From an uncultured Clostridia bacterium (GTDB lineage Bacteria > Bacillota > Clostridia > TANB77 > CAG-508), in assembly GCA_947632605.1 (NCBI GenBank), contig CANRPX010000003.1, positions 11,367 through 75,366 of the forward strand: DNA of 64,000 nucleotides. The letters are read 5' to 3'. The translations under genes were made by a program, and so were the position numbers. A model generated the notes under the pieces. The model was not told the DNA's origin. It made no database searches and saw only the letters and a list, made by a program, of their open reading frames with translations. Below, piece by piece: positions 33,879 through 43,587 of the stretch. Numbering within the stretch: position 1 is the stretch's first letter; each line of letters opens with the position of its first letter.

Positions 33879-34421
33879 TTAGTTTCTATCTTTCCATTCA
33901 TAATATTTTTTCAAATATTCCCAACATCCCATCTTCTCTGTAATTCCATCATAATTATTATCAATTCTTTTTAAAATATCTTCTTTATTAAACCATTTTA
34001 TTTCTGAAACTTCATCTTCTTGTAATTTCAATTTATTTATATCAATATCTTTATTTACTATATAATACTCATTAAAATGATTATTAATTATATCTCCTTT
34101 TATATTAGTTGATGTAGAACTTCCAATAAAAGTAATATCATTTTTATTTATATCTGCTCCTAATTCTTCTTTTATTTCTCTAATAATTGCTTGAAAGCCA
34201 AATTCTCCAGAAACAACATGTCCACCAGCTGATATATCCCATAGATTTGGCCATAACTTCTTTTTTGAACTTCTTTTTTGTAATAAAACTTGATTATTAG
34301 AATTAATAATATATAAGGCAACAGCTTTATGCCAATAACCTTTTTTATGACATTCATCTCTACTTTCTATTCTTCCTGTATACTTACCATTTTCTGATAA
34401 TACATCAAAATATTCTTCCAT
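33879..34421 (-). CDS. NUDIX hydrolase
   Basis: Nudix box GGHVVSGEFGFQAIIREIKEELG. Confidence 0.8.
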   Translation of the reverse strand: MEEYFDVLSENGKYTGRIESRDECHKKGYWHKAVALYIINSNNQVLLQKRSSKKKLWPNLWDISAGGHVVSGEFGFQAIIREIKEELGADINKNDITFIGSSTSTNIKGDIINNHFNEYYIVNKDIDINKLKLQEDEVSEIKWFNKEDILKRIDNNYDGITEKMGCWEYLKKYYEWKDRN

Positions 34422-34455
34422 ATTTTCTCCTTATTTAATATCACAAACTTAAGTT

Positions 34456-36024
34456 TTATTCTTTACTTAAAATTCGAATTGCACTTTTTATTCCATCGAT
34501 TGCTGCTGTCATAATTCCACCGGCGTATCCTGCACCTTCTCCACAAGGATATATTCCTTTTATGTTTGCTTCACCATATTCATCTCGTAGAATTCTTATT
34601 GGTGATGAACTTCTAGTTTCAACTCCTGTTAAAATACTATCAGTATCTGAAAAACCTTTTATTTTTTTATCAAACTCTAGTATTCCTTCTTTAAGAGTAG
34701 TATTTACATATTCTGGTAATATTTCTTGAAGATTTGAAAAAGTAGTACCTGGCATATAACTTGGTTTTACTTTTCCTAATTTAGTAGTTTTTTTATTTTC
34801 TAAAAAATCTCCAACAGTTTGTATTGGTGCATAATAATTTTTTCCGCCTAATTCAAAAGCTTTTTGTTCTAATTCTTTTTGAAAATACATTCCTTCTAAT
34901 ACAAAATCACTTTTAAAATCTTTTGGTGTAACTTCAACTAAAATAGCACTATTTGCATTTTCTCCATCACGCAGAAATTTGCTCATTCCATTTGTTACTA
35001 TTTCTCCATCACTACTTGAAGAAGCAACAACTACACCACCTGGACACATACAAAAAGTATAACATGTTCTTTCTTTTCCGTGATATACAAGCTTATATTC
35101 TGCTGGTGGAAGTTTTAATTTTGTTTTTGTACCATATTGAGAAACATTTATCATTTCTTGTTTATGTTCGATTCTAAGTCCAACAGAGAAATTCTTTTTT
35201 TCCATTTTAATATTTTTCTCATATAATTTTTCAAAAGTTTCCCTTGCACTATGTCCTATCGCAAAAACTGCTGTATCTGTTTCAATTATTTTTTCTACAT
35301 CTTTATATTTTATTATTAAACTTGTAAGTCTATTATTTTGTATATTAAAATCTATTACTTTATGTTCAAATAAAAATTCTCCTCCTTTATCTATTATGTA
35401 ATTTCTCATATTTGATACTATTTTTATCAAATTATCTGTTCCAATATGAGGTTTATTTACATACATTATTTGTTTTGGTGCTCCAAAATTCACAAATTCA
35501 TGTAATACTTTTCTACAAAGAGGATCATTTGTACCAGTAGTTAATTTTCCATCTGAAAAAGTTCCAGCTCCGCCTTCTCCAAATTGAACATTAGAATTTT
35601 TATCTAAAATTCCAGTAGTAAAGAATTTTTCTACATCTTTTTTTCTATCTTCTACCTTTTTTCCTTGTTCAATTATAATCGGTTTTATTCCATTTTGAAC
35701 TAATATCAAAGCACAAAAAAGCCCAGCAGGACCCGCTCCAATTATTATAGGTTTTTGTATACTTTTTCTTTTAATATCTATATCTAGCTTAAAATTTTCT
35801 TTTTTTACTTCTTTTACATTTTTTAGTTTCTTTTCTCCAATGTACTCTATATCAATAGTGTAATTGTAATAAATGTTTTCTTTATTTCTTGCATCAATAG
35901 ATTTTTTAAAAATAATATAATCTTTAACATCTTTAAAATTTATTTTATATTTATCACATGCTTTTCTTAAAACATCTTCTTCTGACAAATCTTCATAAAT
36001 TTTTATATTTTCTAATCTATACAT
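34456..36024 (-). CDS. FAD-dependent protein, COG2509 (uncharacterized NAD(FAD)-utilizing dehydrogenase), native AT-rich copy
   Basis: Dinucleotide-binding GAGPAG and FSDGKL motifs, 522 aa. Confidence 0.8.
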   Translation of the reverse strand: MYRLENIKIYEDLSEEDVLRKACDKYKINFKDVKDYIIFKKSIDARNKENIYYNYTIDIEYIGEKKLKNVKEVKKENFKLDIDIKRKSIQKPIIIGAGPAGLFCALILVQNGIKPIIIEQGKKVEDRKKDVEKFFTTGILDKNSNVQFGEGGAGTFSDGKLTTGTNDPLCRKVLHEFVNFGAPKQIMYVNKPHIGTDNLIKIVSNMRNYIIDKGGEFLFEHKVIDFNIQNNRLTSLIIKYKDVEKIIETDTAVFAIGHSARETFEKLYEKNIKMEKKNFSVGLRIEHKQEMINVSQYGTKTKLKLPPAEYKLVYHGKERTCYTFCMCPGGVVVASSSSDGEIVTNGMSKFLRDGENANSAILVEVTPKDFKSDFVLEGMYFQKELEQKAFELGGKNYYAPIQTVGDFLENKKTTKLGKVKPSYMPGTTFSNLQEILPEYVNTTLKEGILEFDKKIKGFSDTDSILTGVETRSSSPIRILRDEYGEANIKGIYPCGEGAGYAGGIMTAAIDGIKSAIRILSKE

Positions 36025-36452
36025 TTATTTTCCTTTTTATAATTGTCATATAAATTTTTTACTTTTAATTTTATTTCATCTTCAATATCAGACATAGAGT
36101 CTAATTTATCAATATCAACCCAAATAGTTTTATTATTTTCATTATTTGATAATTCTACTGATAATGGCATTGCCAAAAATTGTATATCTATCATATCTCC
36201 AACATTATTTAAATAATGTTCAATAGCTATTGGTTGAATTTTTTTACCATCAAAAGAAGGACCTATTATTTTAATAGGCACTCCTGTTTCTTCTAAAGTT
36301 TCTCTTTTTGCTGTTTCTGTTGGTAGTTCTTCGTTTTCTATATGTCCACCTGGTTGTAACCATTTTTTAAGTTTTTTATTATACATTAAAAGAACTTTTT
36401 TTCTAGTAAAATCTATTGTATATGCTGATGCACAATACTGTCTTTCTATCAT
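36012..36452 (-). CDS. NUDIX hydrolase
   Basis: Nudix box GGHIENEELPTETAKRETLEETG. Confidence 0.75.
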   Translation of the reverse strand: MIERQYCASAYTIDFTRKKVLLMYNKKLKKWLQPGGHIENEELPTETAKRETLEETGVPIKIIGPSFDGKKIQPIAIEHYLNNVGDMIDIQFLAMPLSVELSNNENNKTIWVDIDKLDSMSDIEDEIKLKVKNLYDNYKKENKCID

Positions 36453-36455
36453 ATT

Positions 36456-36821
36456 TTACTCCACTTCTTTTTTCCATAATTCATGTTTATTACAATATGC
36501 ATAAATTGTAGAACCTGGTATATATTTGAAATGTGCTGTTGCTTCCATTCCAGGTTTTAAATATTTAGTACATTCTTTTTCATCTGAAACCATACTAATC
36601 CATTCTATATAATGTTCTTCTTCCATAACATGATTAACTGTTACATATATTTTATTCTCTCTTACTTCATAATTTGGAACATGTTTTTCTACTGCAGCAT
36701 CAACTGAATTTGGCACAACTTTCTCCATTGGTTTTCCACAGCAAACTACATCGCATCCCTCATCTTTTAATACTTTTACCATTCCTCCACAAATTTTACA
36801 TTTTTTAACAACTAAATCCAT
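36456..36821 (-). CDS. dfx: desulfoferrodoxin (superoxide reductase, 2Fe-SOR)
   Basis: N-terminal desulforedoxin CxxC...CC motif (CKICGG...VVCCGKPM) plus a C-terminal neelaredoxin-like domain with H...H...C..H ligands. Confidence 0.85.
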   Translation of the reverse strand: MDLVVKKCKICGGMVKVLKDEGCDVVCCGKPMEKVVPNSVDAAVEKHVPNYEVRENKIYVTVNHVMEEEHYIEWISMVSDEKECTKYLKPGMEATAHFKYIPGSTIYAYCNKHELWKKEVE

Positions 36822-36906
36822 ATTTTTATCTCCTTTTCTTTTTTATTTTATATAACATTGTTTATATAAAACAATGAATATAGCTACTTATTATAAATAT
36901 TTTGTC

Positions 36907-37605
36907 TTACATTTTTAAAATTAATTTATTTAAAATTTCAGCAACTTTTTTAGAAACGCTTTCTAAATATGTTACAAAATCTATATGATTATTTCCATTT
37001 GGTGTATCTGAAATTCCTCTTATTACTAAAAAAGGTATTTTATCTAAATAACAAACTTGTGCAATAGAAGCTCCTTCCATTTCTACACATTCAGCTCCAA
37101 ATTCTTTCCTAACAAGTTCTGATTTATTTCTATCTGTACAAAATATATCTGCTGATGCAATAGTACCAATTTTTATATTAAAGTCTCTTTTTTCCAATTC
37201 ATTTATTGTATCATTGCAAAGCTTAATTAAATTTTCATCTGAGTAGAAAAATTTTCCTACACCACAAATTTCTCCTTTTTCGTACTCTCCAGCTCCTGTT
37301 ATATCAAAATCATACTGTACTAACTTATCACCAATTACAATGTCTTTTATATTTAAATCTGCATTTGTACTACCTGCTGAACCAACATTTATCATATAAT
37401 TTATATTGTATTTATCTATCATTATTTGTGCTGTTCTAGCTGCATTTACTTTTCCTACACCACATTCTACTAACACACAATCTTTTCCTTGAATTTTTCC
37501 TATAAAAAATTTTAAATCATAAATTTCTTCTTCAATAATATCAGTCATAATATCTTTTATAGCCATCATTTCTTTATTTTCAGCAGCAATTATTCCAATT
37601 ATCAT
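36907..37605 (-). CDS. mtnN: 5'-methylthioadenosine/S-adenosylhomocysteine nucleosidase
   Basis: PNP/UDP phosphorylase fold with MIIGIIAA.E and the EMEGASIAQVC motif. Confidence 0.85.
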   Translation of the reverse strand: MIIGIIAAENKEMMAIKDIMTDIIEEEIYDLKFFIGKIQGKDCVLVECGVGKVNAARTAQIMIDKYNINYMINVGSAGSTNADLNIKDIVIGDKLVQYDFDITGAGEYEKGEICGVGKFFYSDENLIKLCNDTINELEKRDFNIKIGTIASADIFCTDRNKSELVRKEFGAECVEMEGASIAQVCYLDKIPFLVIRGISDTPNGNNHIDFVTYLESVSKKVAEILNKLILKM

Positions 37606-37623
37606 TTTTTCTCTCCTTTAATC

Positions 37624-38148
37624 TTATTTTCCTGTAAAAGAAATTACACTTTCAACATCATAATTTTCTATCTTTTTTCTTCCATTTAATTCTGGTAATT
37701 CAATTAAACAACATATTCTTACAACTTTTCCACCTAATCTTTCAACTAATTTTATAATTGCTTCTAATGTTCCTCCTGTTGCTATTAAATCATCAATTAT
37801 TACTACTTTTTGACCTGATTTAATTGAATCTTTATGTATTTCTAGTGTTGCTTTTCCATATTCTAAATCGTATGATTCTTCAATTGTTTCACAAGGTAAT
37901 TTTCCTTTTTTTCTTACTGGAACAAAAGATTTTTTCATATTATATGCAATTGGTGCTCCAAAAATAAATCCTCTTGATTCTGCACCAACTATTACATCAA
38001 ACTCTAAATCTTTTAATTTTTCTTGCATGCTATTTATAGCTAATTGTAATCCTTCTGGATCTTGCAAAACTGTTGTAACATCTCTGAAAATTATTCCTTT
38101 TTCAGGAAAGTCTGGTATACTTCTTACATAATCTTCTAATTTTTTCAT
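37624..38148 (-). CDS. apt: adenine phosphoribosyltransferase
   Basis: PRPP-binding motif VVIIDDLIATGGT, 174 aa. Confidence 0.9.
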   Translation of the reverse strand: MKKLEDYVRSIPDFPEKGIIFRDVTTVLQDPEGLQLAINSMQEKLKDLEFDVIVGAESRGFIFGAPIAYNMKKSFVPVRKKGKLPCETIEESYDLEYGKATLEIHKDSIKSGQKVVIIDDLIATGGTLEAIIKLVERLGGKVVRICCLIELPELNGRKKIENYDVESVISFTGK

Positions 38149-38177
38149 AAAATATAATTTCCTCCTTATTAAAAAAA

Positions 38178-39023
38178 TTATAATCTTATTAAAACAATTC
38201 CTAATATAACTAAAACAGCTGCAATGCTCTTTTTAAGCATATCACTTCTTTCTTTTAATAGAAAATATCCTACTATTACATTAAGCATAACAGATATTGC
38301 ACAAAGTGGTGCAACAACACTTGCATTTCCTAGCTGATATGCTCTAAGTTGTGAAACTATTGATAAGCACCAGCTAGCAGAAGTTAGCAATATTGCTTTT
38401 TTATTTCCATTTTTTAATTCATCTTTTATTTCAGAAAATTTAATTTTTTCAAGAATTAAGATTCCTATTGCTGGTAATCCAAGAGTCATTGCTACATAAA
38501 TAGGCAAATTAAAATTATCAGAAATATTTACATCTAAAAATAATGCAACCGTGTAAAATATATTAGCTATTATTCCTAATAAAACATATCTATTTAATTT
38601 TCCTTCTCCTCTTTTATAAAAAATTAAAATATTACTTAAAATAATTAATGTAGCACCTATAATTTTATTTATTATGAAAGGTTCTTTAAAAAATACGATT
38701 CCTGCAAAAATCATAAAAACTGTTGATAATTGATGTATCATCGTAAAAGTTGATGCTTCTATACCACTTCTAATCGTAGTATTTAATCTATCACTAATAC
38801 CATAAAAAACTATTGAAGCTAATAAGAAAATATATACTCTTAAATCTGTTGGAAATTTTATTTCAAAGAATGGTATTAAAAGTAAAACTAGCAAAGCTCC
38901 TGTTGTTTCTAATAAAATAGTTAAAGCCCCTGGTTTTATTAAAGTTTTTGTTGCAATTTTATAAGATTGATTAAAAATTACAACAAAAAACAAATATAAT
39001 ATTACAAATACTATCCAATTCAT
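38178..39023 (-). CDS. EamA/DMT-family transporter
   Basis: 281 aa with about 10 TM segments and duplicated EamA-like halves. Confidence 0.7.
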   Translation of the reverse strand: MNWIVFVILYLFFVVIFNQSYKIATKTLIKPGALTILLETTGALLVLLLIPFFEIKFPTDLRVYIFLLASIVFYGISDRLNTTIRSGIEASTFTMIHQLSTVFMIFAGIVFFKEPFIINKIIGATLIILSNILIFYKRGEGKLNRYVLLGIIANIFYTVALFLDVNISDNFNLPIYVAMTLGLPAIGILILEKIKFSEIKDELKNGNKKAILLTSASWCLSIVSQLRAYQLGNASVVAPLCAISVMLNVIVGYFLLKERSDMLKKSIAAVLVILGIVLIRL

Positions 39024-39049
39024 ATAATTAAGACAAGTCCTTTCATAAA

Positions 39050-39622
39050 CTAATACTCTATTTTACTGTATCCTTTGGATATTAGTACTTCTTCTATATT
39101 ATTTACTTTCATTATAATTGACAAAAGAAATTTTGATAATATAAATTTTACATTTTTAATATTGAATTTCATTTTTTTGGCTATACAAGCTTCTCTTAAT
39201 TCTCTTATATCAGACTTTAAAATTGGTATCATTGATAATGATATACAAATAAGTATTTTAATCTCATCTGGATTTACATTAAATTTTTTAAGAGGGCTTA
39301 ATAATTCACTTATTGTATCTGCAAATTCTGTAACCCTAATTGTAGAAGCATATATTACTGTAATAATAGTTACTAAAATTAGTTTTATAGAAATCCAAAT
39401 TGCATTTATATAAGTATCTAATAAACAATTAATAATAAAAGTAAAAATTATAAATGGTATAATGTTTAATATATTTTTTATTATTTTTTTAAAATGTTTA
39501 TTATTTATAATCAAAAAAATAATATTAATTATTACAAATATTAATATAAATTTATTATTTGGAAAGAAAAATATAGAAGTACTATAAAAAATAAAAAGTA
39601 AAAACTTTATTAAATTTTTCAT
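39050..39622 (-). CDS. ECF transporter transmembrane (T) component-like protein (short)
   Basis: 190-aa polytopic membrane protein immediately downstream of the ECF ATPase. Confidence 0.45.
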   Translation of the reverse strand: MKNLIKFLLFIFYSTSIFFFPNNKFILIFVIINIIFLIINNKHFKKIIKNILNIIPFIIFTFIINCLLDTYINAIWISIKLILVTIITVIYASTIRVTEFADTISELLSPLKKFNVNPDEIKILICISLSMIPILKSDIRELREACIAKKMKFNIKNVKFILSKFLLSIIMKVNNIEEVLISKGYSKIEY

Positions 39623-40432
39623 TTATATCTTTTCCCTCAATTCATTAACCAAATTTTGAATAGTAAAATCATCTTTTAAATCTATATCAATACCATTTTC
39701 TTTTAATTTAATTAATAATTCTATTATAGTTGGCTTTTTAATATCAAATTTTTCAAATAAATAAGCTTTTTCCAATAGCTCTTCTTTTTTTATTTGAGCT
39801 TCTATTCTTCCATTATTTAGTATAAAAGTTTTATCTGCAATTAATATTTCATCAGATACATTTGTTATACAAATTACTGTATAGCCATCTTTTTTTAACT
39901 TTCTTATAATATCATAGATTTCTTCTTTTCCTTTACTATCTAGCATTGTAGTTGGTTCATCAAAAATGATATATTTAGGATTTTTTGCTAAAACTTCTGC
40001 TATCATCATTTTTTGTTTTTGTCCAAGTGACAATGTATATAAATCTTCATTTTTATATTCAATCATGTTCACTTCTTTAAGTGCTAAATCAATTTTTTCA
40101 TCTATTTCGTTTTTATTTAAATCTTTAAGAATAAAAGAAATTTCATCATATATATTATTAAAAATAATTTGATTTTCTGGATTTTGAAAAACGATTCCTA
40201 CATTTTCATGAATTAATTTATTATTCTTTCTTATATCTAATCCATCAATTTCTATATTTCCTTCTTTTAATTTTATAATTCCAGAAATTAATTTTCCAAT
40301 AGTAGATTTACCAGATCCATTTTTACCAACAATAGTAACAATTTCTCCATCATTAATTTCAAAATTTAAGTGTTCTAAAATATTTTTATTAGAATTCTTA
40401 TATTTAAAAGATACATCACTTACTTTAATCAT
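39623..40432 (-). CDS. ECF/ABC transporter ATP-binding protein (EcfA/CbiO-like)
   Basis: Walker A GKNGSGKST, signature LSLGQKQ and Walker B IIFDEPT. Confidence 0.85.
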   Translation of the reverse strand: MIKVSDVSFKYKNSNKNILEHLNFEINDGEIVTIVGKNGSGKSTIGKLISGIIKLKEGNIEIDGLDIRKNNKLIHENVGIVFQNPENQIIFNNIYDEISFILKDLNKNEIDEKIDLALKEVNMIEYKNEDLYTLSLGQKQKMMIAEVLAKNPKYIIFDEPTTMLDSKGKEEIYDIIRKLKKDGYTVICITNVSDEILIADKTFILNNGRIEAQIKKEELLEKAYLFEKFDIKKPTIIELLIKLKENGIDIDLKDDFTIQNLVNELREKI

Positions 40433-40961
40433 TATTGCTCCTTATATATGTATCAAATGGTTTTCTTAATATTCTTTCTAAGAATAAAATAACAATAATA
40501 TGTACTGGTATCATTGCAATTTGTTTTATAAATCTAGTTAAAAATAATACTTTAAAAGCTTTTCCAGTTGTAATACTTGTCCATAAAGTATTTAATAACA
40601 TATTAGATATTACTGCCACTAAAACAGTTGATACTATTAATCTCAATACAAATTGTTTTTCAGTATATGAATCTGCTTCTTTCTTATAAAGAAATACTCC
40701 ATAAATAGCACCAGCAATTGCAGTACTTATTGTATACCCAACAAAGTATGGACCTGTTGGGAAAAGTATTGCACCAATTAAATCTCCTAAAACATTTAGT
40801 AAAATTGTCCATTTTGGTCCAAGCCAAATTGCACAAATCATAGTTGGAACAAAACCAAAACTTATTTTCATAATTGGTGTTTTTACAGATAAAAATCTAG
40901 ATAGTACAATTAACATTGCTAAAAAAATTGCTGTTAAAATAATTTTTTTACTTTTACTCAT
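40425..40961 (-). CDS. ECF transporter S (substrate-capture) component, substrate unknown
   Basis: About 180-aa 5-6 TM protein starting MSKSKKIILTAIFLAM, overlapping the ecfA start; S-A-T gene order. Confidence 0.55.
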   Translation of the reverse strand: MSKSKKIILTAIFLAMLIVLSRFLSVKTPIMKISFGFVPTMICAIWLGPKWTILLNVLGDLIGAILFPTGPYFVGYTISTAIAGAIYGVFLYKKEADSYTEKQFVLRLIVSTVLVAVISNMLLNTLWTSITTGKAFKVLFLTRFIKQIAMIPVHIIVILFLERILRKPFDTYIRSNND

Positions 40962-41014
40962 TAAATGCTCCTTTTGTTCTTTACATTTTAATATTATATC
41001 TAACAAAAAATATA

Positions 41015-41542
41015 CTATTGTTGTGATTTTCTATAAGTTTCAATAGTTCTTTTTCCATCAACAACTATTGGTAGAGTTAATTCATCAGAGCTTACTATTG
41101 TTAACTCTTCTTTTCTTCCATTTGGGAAAAAATTAGTTTCTCCACCTTCTACATAATAAGATTTATCATATCTTATTTCTATTTTATCATCCTCAATGGT
41201 ATATGTTCCTTCAATATAGTAAGAAGTAGCATCAAATGTTACTGCACCATCAGAAAAATAATATGACATTGTTTCTAAGTTATTTTCATCATCTATTATA
41301 TAAAGACCTTCTATTTCATTTGAGTCTTCATTATCATCGTTTGAAATTTCATTTGTGTTTTCTAAATCACTATCATTTTCATTAATTGTTTCATTTTTAT
41401 CATAATTAACATTATTAACTAAATTTTCAGATATTTGGTTTGTAGTATTTTTATTTGTATCTTTAGATACTAATTTGTTTACAGACCAAAACACTACAAC
41501 AATTACTATAATAATTAAAATTATTAAAGGCACTTTTTTCAT
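41015..41542 (-). CDS. hypothetical N-anchored secreted protein (N/D/E-rich linker)
   Basis: Start MKKVPLIILIII with an AAGAGG RBS. Confidence 0.45.
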   Translation of the reverse strand: MKKVPLIILIIIVIVVVFWSVNKLVSKDTNKNTTNQISENLVNNVNYDKNETINENDSDLENTNEISNDDNEDSNEIEGLYIIDDENNLETMSYYFSDGAVTFDATSYYIEGTYTIEDDKIEIRYDKSYYVEGGETNFFPNGRKEELTIVSSDELTLPIVVDGKRTIETYRKSQQ

Positions 41543-41625
41543 ATAATACAACCTCTTTTCTAAATTCATTGATATTTTATCATACTTTTTATAATATGTG
41601 TACAAAAACTAATAAATTTTGCCTA

Positions 41626-41667
41626 TAAAAACGAAAAAGCGATTGTCTAATAATCTATTTGACAATC
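41626..41667 (-). terminator. rho-independent terminator of the GC-rich small gene
   Basis: Minus-strand hairpin GATTGTC-N13-GACAATC followed by GCUUUUUCGUUUUUA. Confidence 0.5.
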
Positions 41668-41701
41668 ACTTCTTGCGTGGGAATCTCGCAGTCGGCTTTG
41701 A

Positions 41702-41914
41702 TTAGCCTTGGTAATAGCGCTCAAATCGATGAGAGTTCCAGTCGATTTCACCCCATTCTTGCTCGCCAGCATCGGTCTTTAACAGTAGCCTATGGAGTTC
41801 TAGTCCATTCGGACAGTACCGACACATACCGGGATCGAAAGGAATCGACGCCTTTTCGAAATCAGCCATGCACTTCTTACATTCCTGGTTACACATTTCA
41901 ACGGTCTTGGGCAT
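41702..41914 (-). CDS. GC-rich 70-aa Cys-rich protein (CxxxCxxC-x15-CxxC), probable horizontally acquired
   Basis: Clean ORF with an AAGGAGAG RBS 7 nt upstream of ATG. Codon usage differs from the host (CGG, CCC, ACC, GGC). Local GC is about 50% against about 25% in flanks. Confidence 0.5.
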   Translation of the reverse strand: MPKTVEMCNQECKKCMADFEKASIPFDPGMCRYCPNGLELHRLLLKTDAGEQEWGEIDWNSHRFERYYQG

Positions 41915-41954
41915 AATTGATCTCTCCTTCGCCTAAATTTTTTGAGCTACTTTA

Positions 41955-41983
41955 ATAATACAACTTTTTCTGACTTATGTCAA
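41955..41983 (-). promoter_or_regulatory. consensus sigma-70 promoter driving the GC-rich small gene
   Basis: Minus strand carries TTGACA (41983..41978), a 17-nt spacer and TATTAT (41960..41955). Confidence 0.55.
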
Positions 41984-41993
41984 CTAGGCTACT

Positions 41994-42653
41994 TTATTTC
42001 TTTTTTAATACATATACTAACCATTTATTATTATTCTCTCCACCTTCTTTATGAAAGCTATAAATTTTAAATTCTTTCTTATTGATAAGTTCATTTATTT
42101 CATTTTCAGAAAAATACTGATAAAATCGTTCAGCTCCCATCTGATATTCATTTGGAAAATCTACCCATTCATTATCTACTTTTTTTATTTCGCGATTCAT
42201 CATATTAAAAACAAATATTCCATCATTTTCAAGAGCATCATGCACTTTCTCAAAAACCTTTACAATATCATCTTTTGTAAAATGAACAAATACTCTCCAA
42301 GCAAAAATCGCTGAATATTTTTCTGTAATTTCATCTTCCAAAATATTAAATTTAATTGGATTTAAACCTTTATTTTTAATTTCATTAAGAAAATCATTTG
42401 CTATATCACTTGCTGTAATATTATATCCTAATTCTTTAATGTAAGCAGCATTTACTCCATCTGCTGATCCTATCTCTAAAACTTTTGAATTTTTTGGTAA
42501 TAATTCCATATTTATTTTAATAAAATCATTTAATTTTTTGCGTTTGCGTTTTGCTTTTTCTAAATCAAGATTATCGTGTTCAATAGTAGTCTTTAAATAC
42601 ACACTTGCTTTTTTCTCATATACTTTAACAGTTAAATCATTTTCCTTGCTCAT
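41994..42653 (-). CDS. class I SAM-dependent methyltransferase
   Basis: SAM-binding motif VLEIGSADGVNAAY, 219 aa. Confidence 0.7.
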   Translation of the reverse strand: MSKENDLTVKVYEKKASVYLKTTIEHDNLDLEKAKRKRKKLNDFIKINMELLPKNSKVLEIGSADGVNAAYIKELGYNITASDIANDFLNEIKNKGLNPIKFNILEDEITEKYSAIFAWRVFVHFTKDDIVKVFEKVHDALENDGIFVFNMMNREIKKVDNEWVDFPNEYQMGAERFYQYFSENEINELINKKEFKIYSFHKEGGENNNKWLVYVLKKK

Positions 42654-42773
42654 TTTTTTACCTCTTTTAAAAAATTTTTAAATAACATATTTATTTTAAA
42701 ACATTTTCTTGTATTTGTATATAAAACATAGTAAATTTTCTTAAATTCTCCATTTTACTTCAAATTATTTAAT

Positions 42774-42801
42774 ATAAAAAAAGAATAGCAAAGCTATTCT
42801 T
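42774..42801 (-). terminator. rho-independent terminator
   Basis: Hairpin AAGAATAGC-loop-GCTATTCTT with T-runs on both strands, downstream of 42880..43302. Confidence 0.5.
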
Positions 42802-42879
42802 TTTTGTGCCAACAACAGCATAAGTATTTACAACTCACGTAGTTATTTTAAAAACTACTAATAAAAATATTAATTAATT

Positions 42880-43302
42880 TTATTTATAAATTCTTTTTAA
42901 ATTTATACCATAACAATCAAAATAATCTATATATTCCTGTATATTTTCATTTCCATTTATATATTCATGCTCATGACCTTCTAATCTATATGTTGGAATA
43001 AATATCATAAGCAATAAATAAATAGTAATTATAGCAATAATTGATTTTACACTAAATTTTATTTTTTTATTAAATAAAATTATTAATAAAAAAGCATTAA
43101 TAATTATACTTATCAAAAAATAAATTGTAATTTCTCCATATTTACTTCCTCCAGGAAAAATAAATCTAAAAAAGCAACTAATAACTATATTAATTATTAC
43201 TACATATAAGCAAATCTTGTTTTGTTTTACTTCCATATTTTTTGTACTAAATATAATTATTCCTATTACTAAAATAATTATTGGTATTAAAAAAAATATC
43301 AT
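42880..43302 (-). CDS. hypothetical small membrane protein
   Basis: 140 aa with 4 hydrophobic helices. Confidence 0.4.
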   Translation of the reverse strand: MIFFLIPIIILVIGIIIFSTKNMEVKQNKICLYVVIINIVISCFFRFIFPGGSKYGEITIYFLISIIINAFLLIILFNKKIKFSVKSIIAIITIYLLLMIFIPTYRLEGHEHEYINGNENIQEYIDYFDCYGINLKRIYK

Positions 43303-43434
43303 CTTATTATCAACTTCTTTCTAAAAAAACATTATCGGTTTATAAATATAACTACAATTAAAATAAAAATCAACCATTTCTGATTGATTCTTTTTAAATC
43401 TATCTAACATATAATTTTAAGCAAATATATATTT

Positions 43435-43517
43435 GGTGCTGATGGTGGGACTCGAACCCACATGGTTTCCCGCAGCATTTTGAGTGCTGTGCGTATACCA
43501 ATTTCGCCACATCAGCA
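43435..43517 (-). tRNA. tRNA-Leu (anticodon CAA)
   Basis: The reverse complement folds as a class II tRNA: acceptor GCUGAUG/CAUCAGC, anticodon loop CUCAAAA, long variable arm, T-loop GGUUCGAGUCC and an encoded CCA. Confidence 0.9.
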
Positions 43518-43587
43518 TATATGCGTTTTTAAAAACGCATAATTATATTAACACATATTTTCTTTTGTGTCTACATTTTCTATTTAT

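Noticed and set aside
33735-33974. 79-aa plus-strand ORF
   Set aside because: It lies across the RNase P RNA gene and the end of the NUDIX gene, with a low-complexity translation.
41659-41916. Plus-strand 85-aa ORF overlapping the GC-rich small gene
   Set aside because: It is antisense to an ORF that has a consensus RBS and promoter, and it has no start context.
41679-41936. GC-rich block as SRP RNA or 6S RNA
   Set aside because: There is no SRP domain-IV motif (AGGUCCGGAAGGAAGCAGC) and no 6S-like central bubble. The clean 70-codon ORF with a strong RBS favours a protein, though an sRNA is not excluded.
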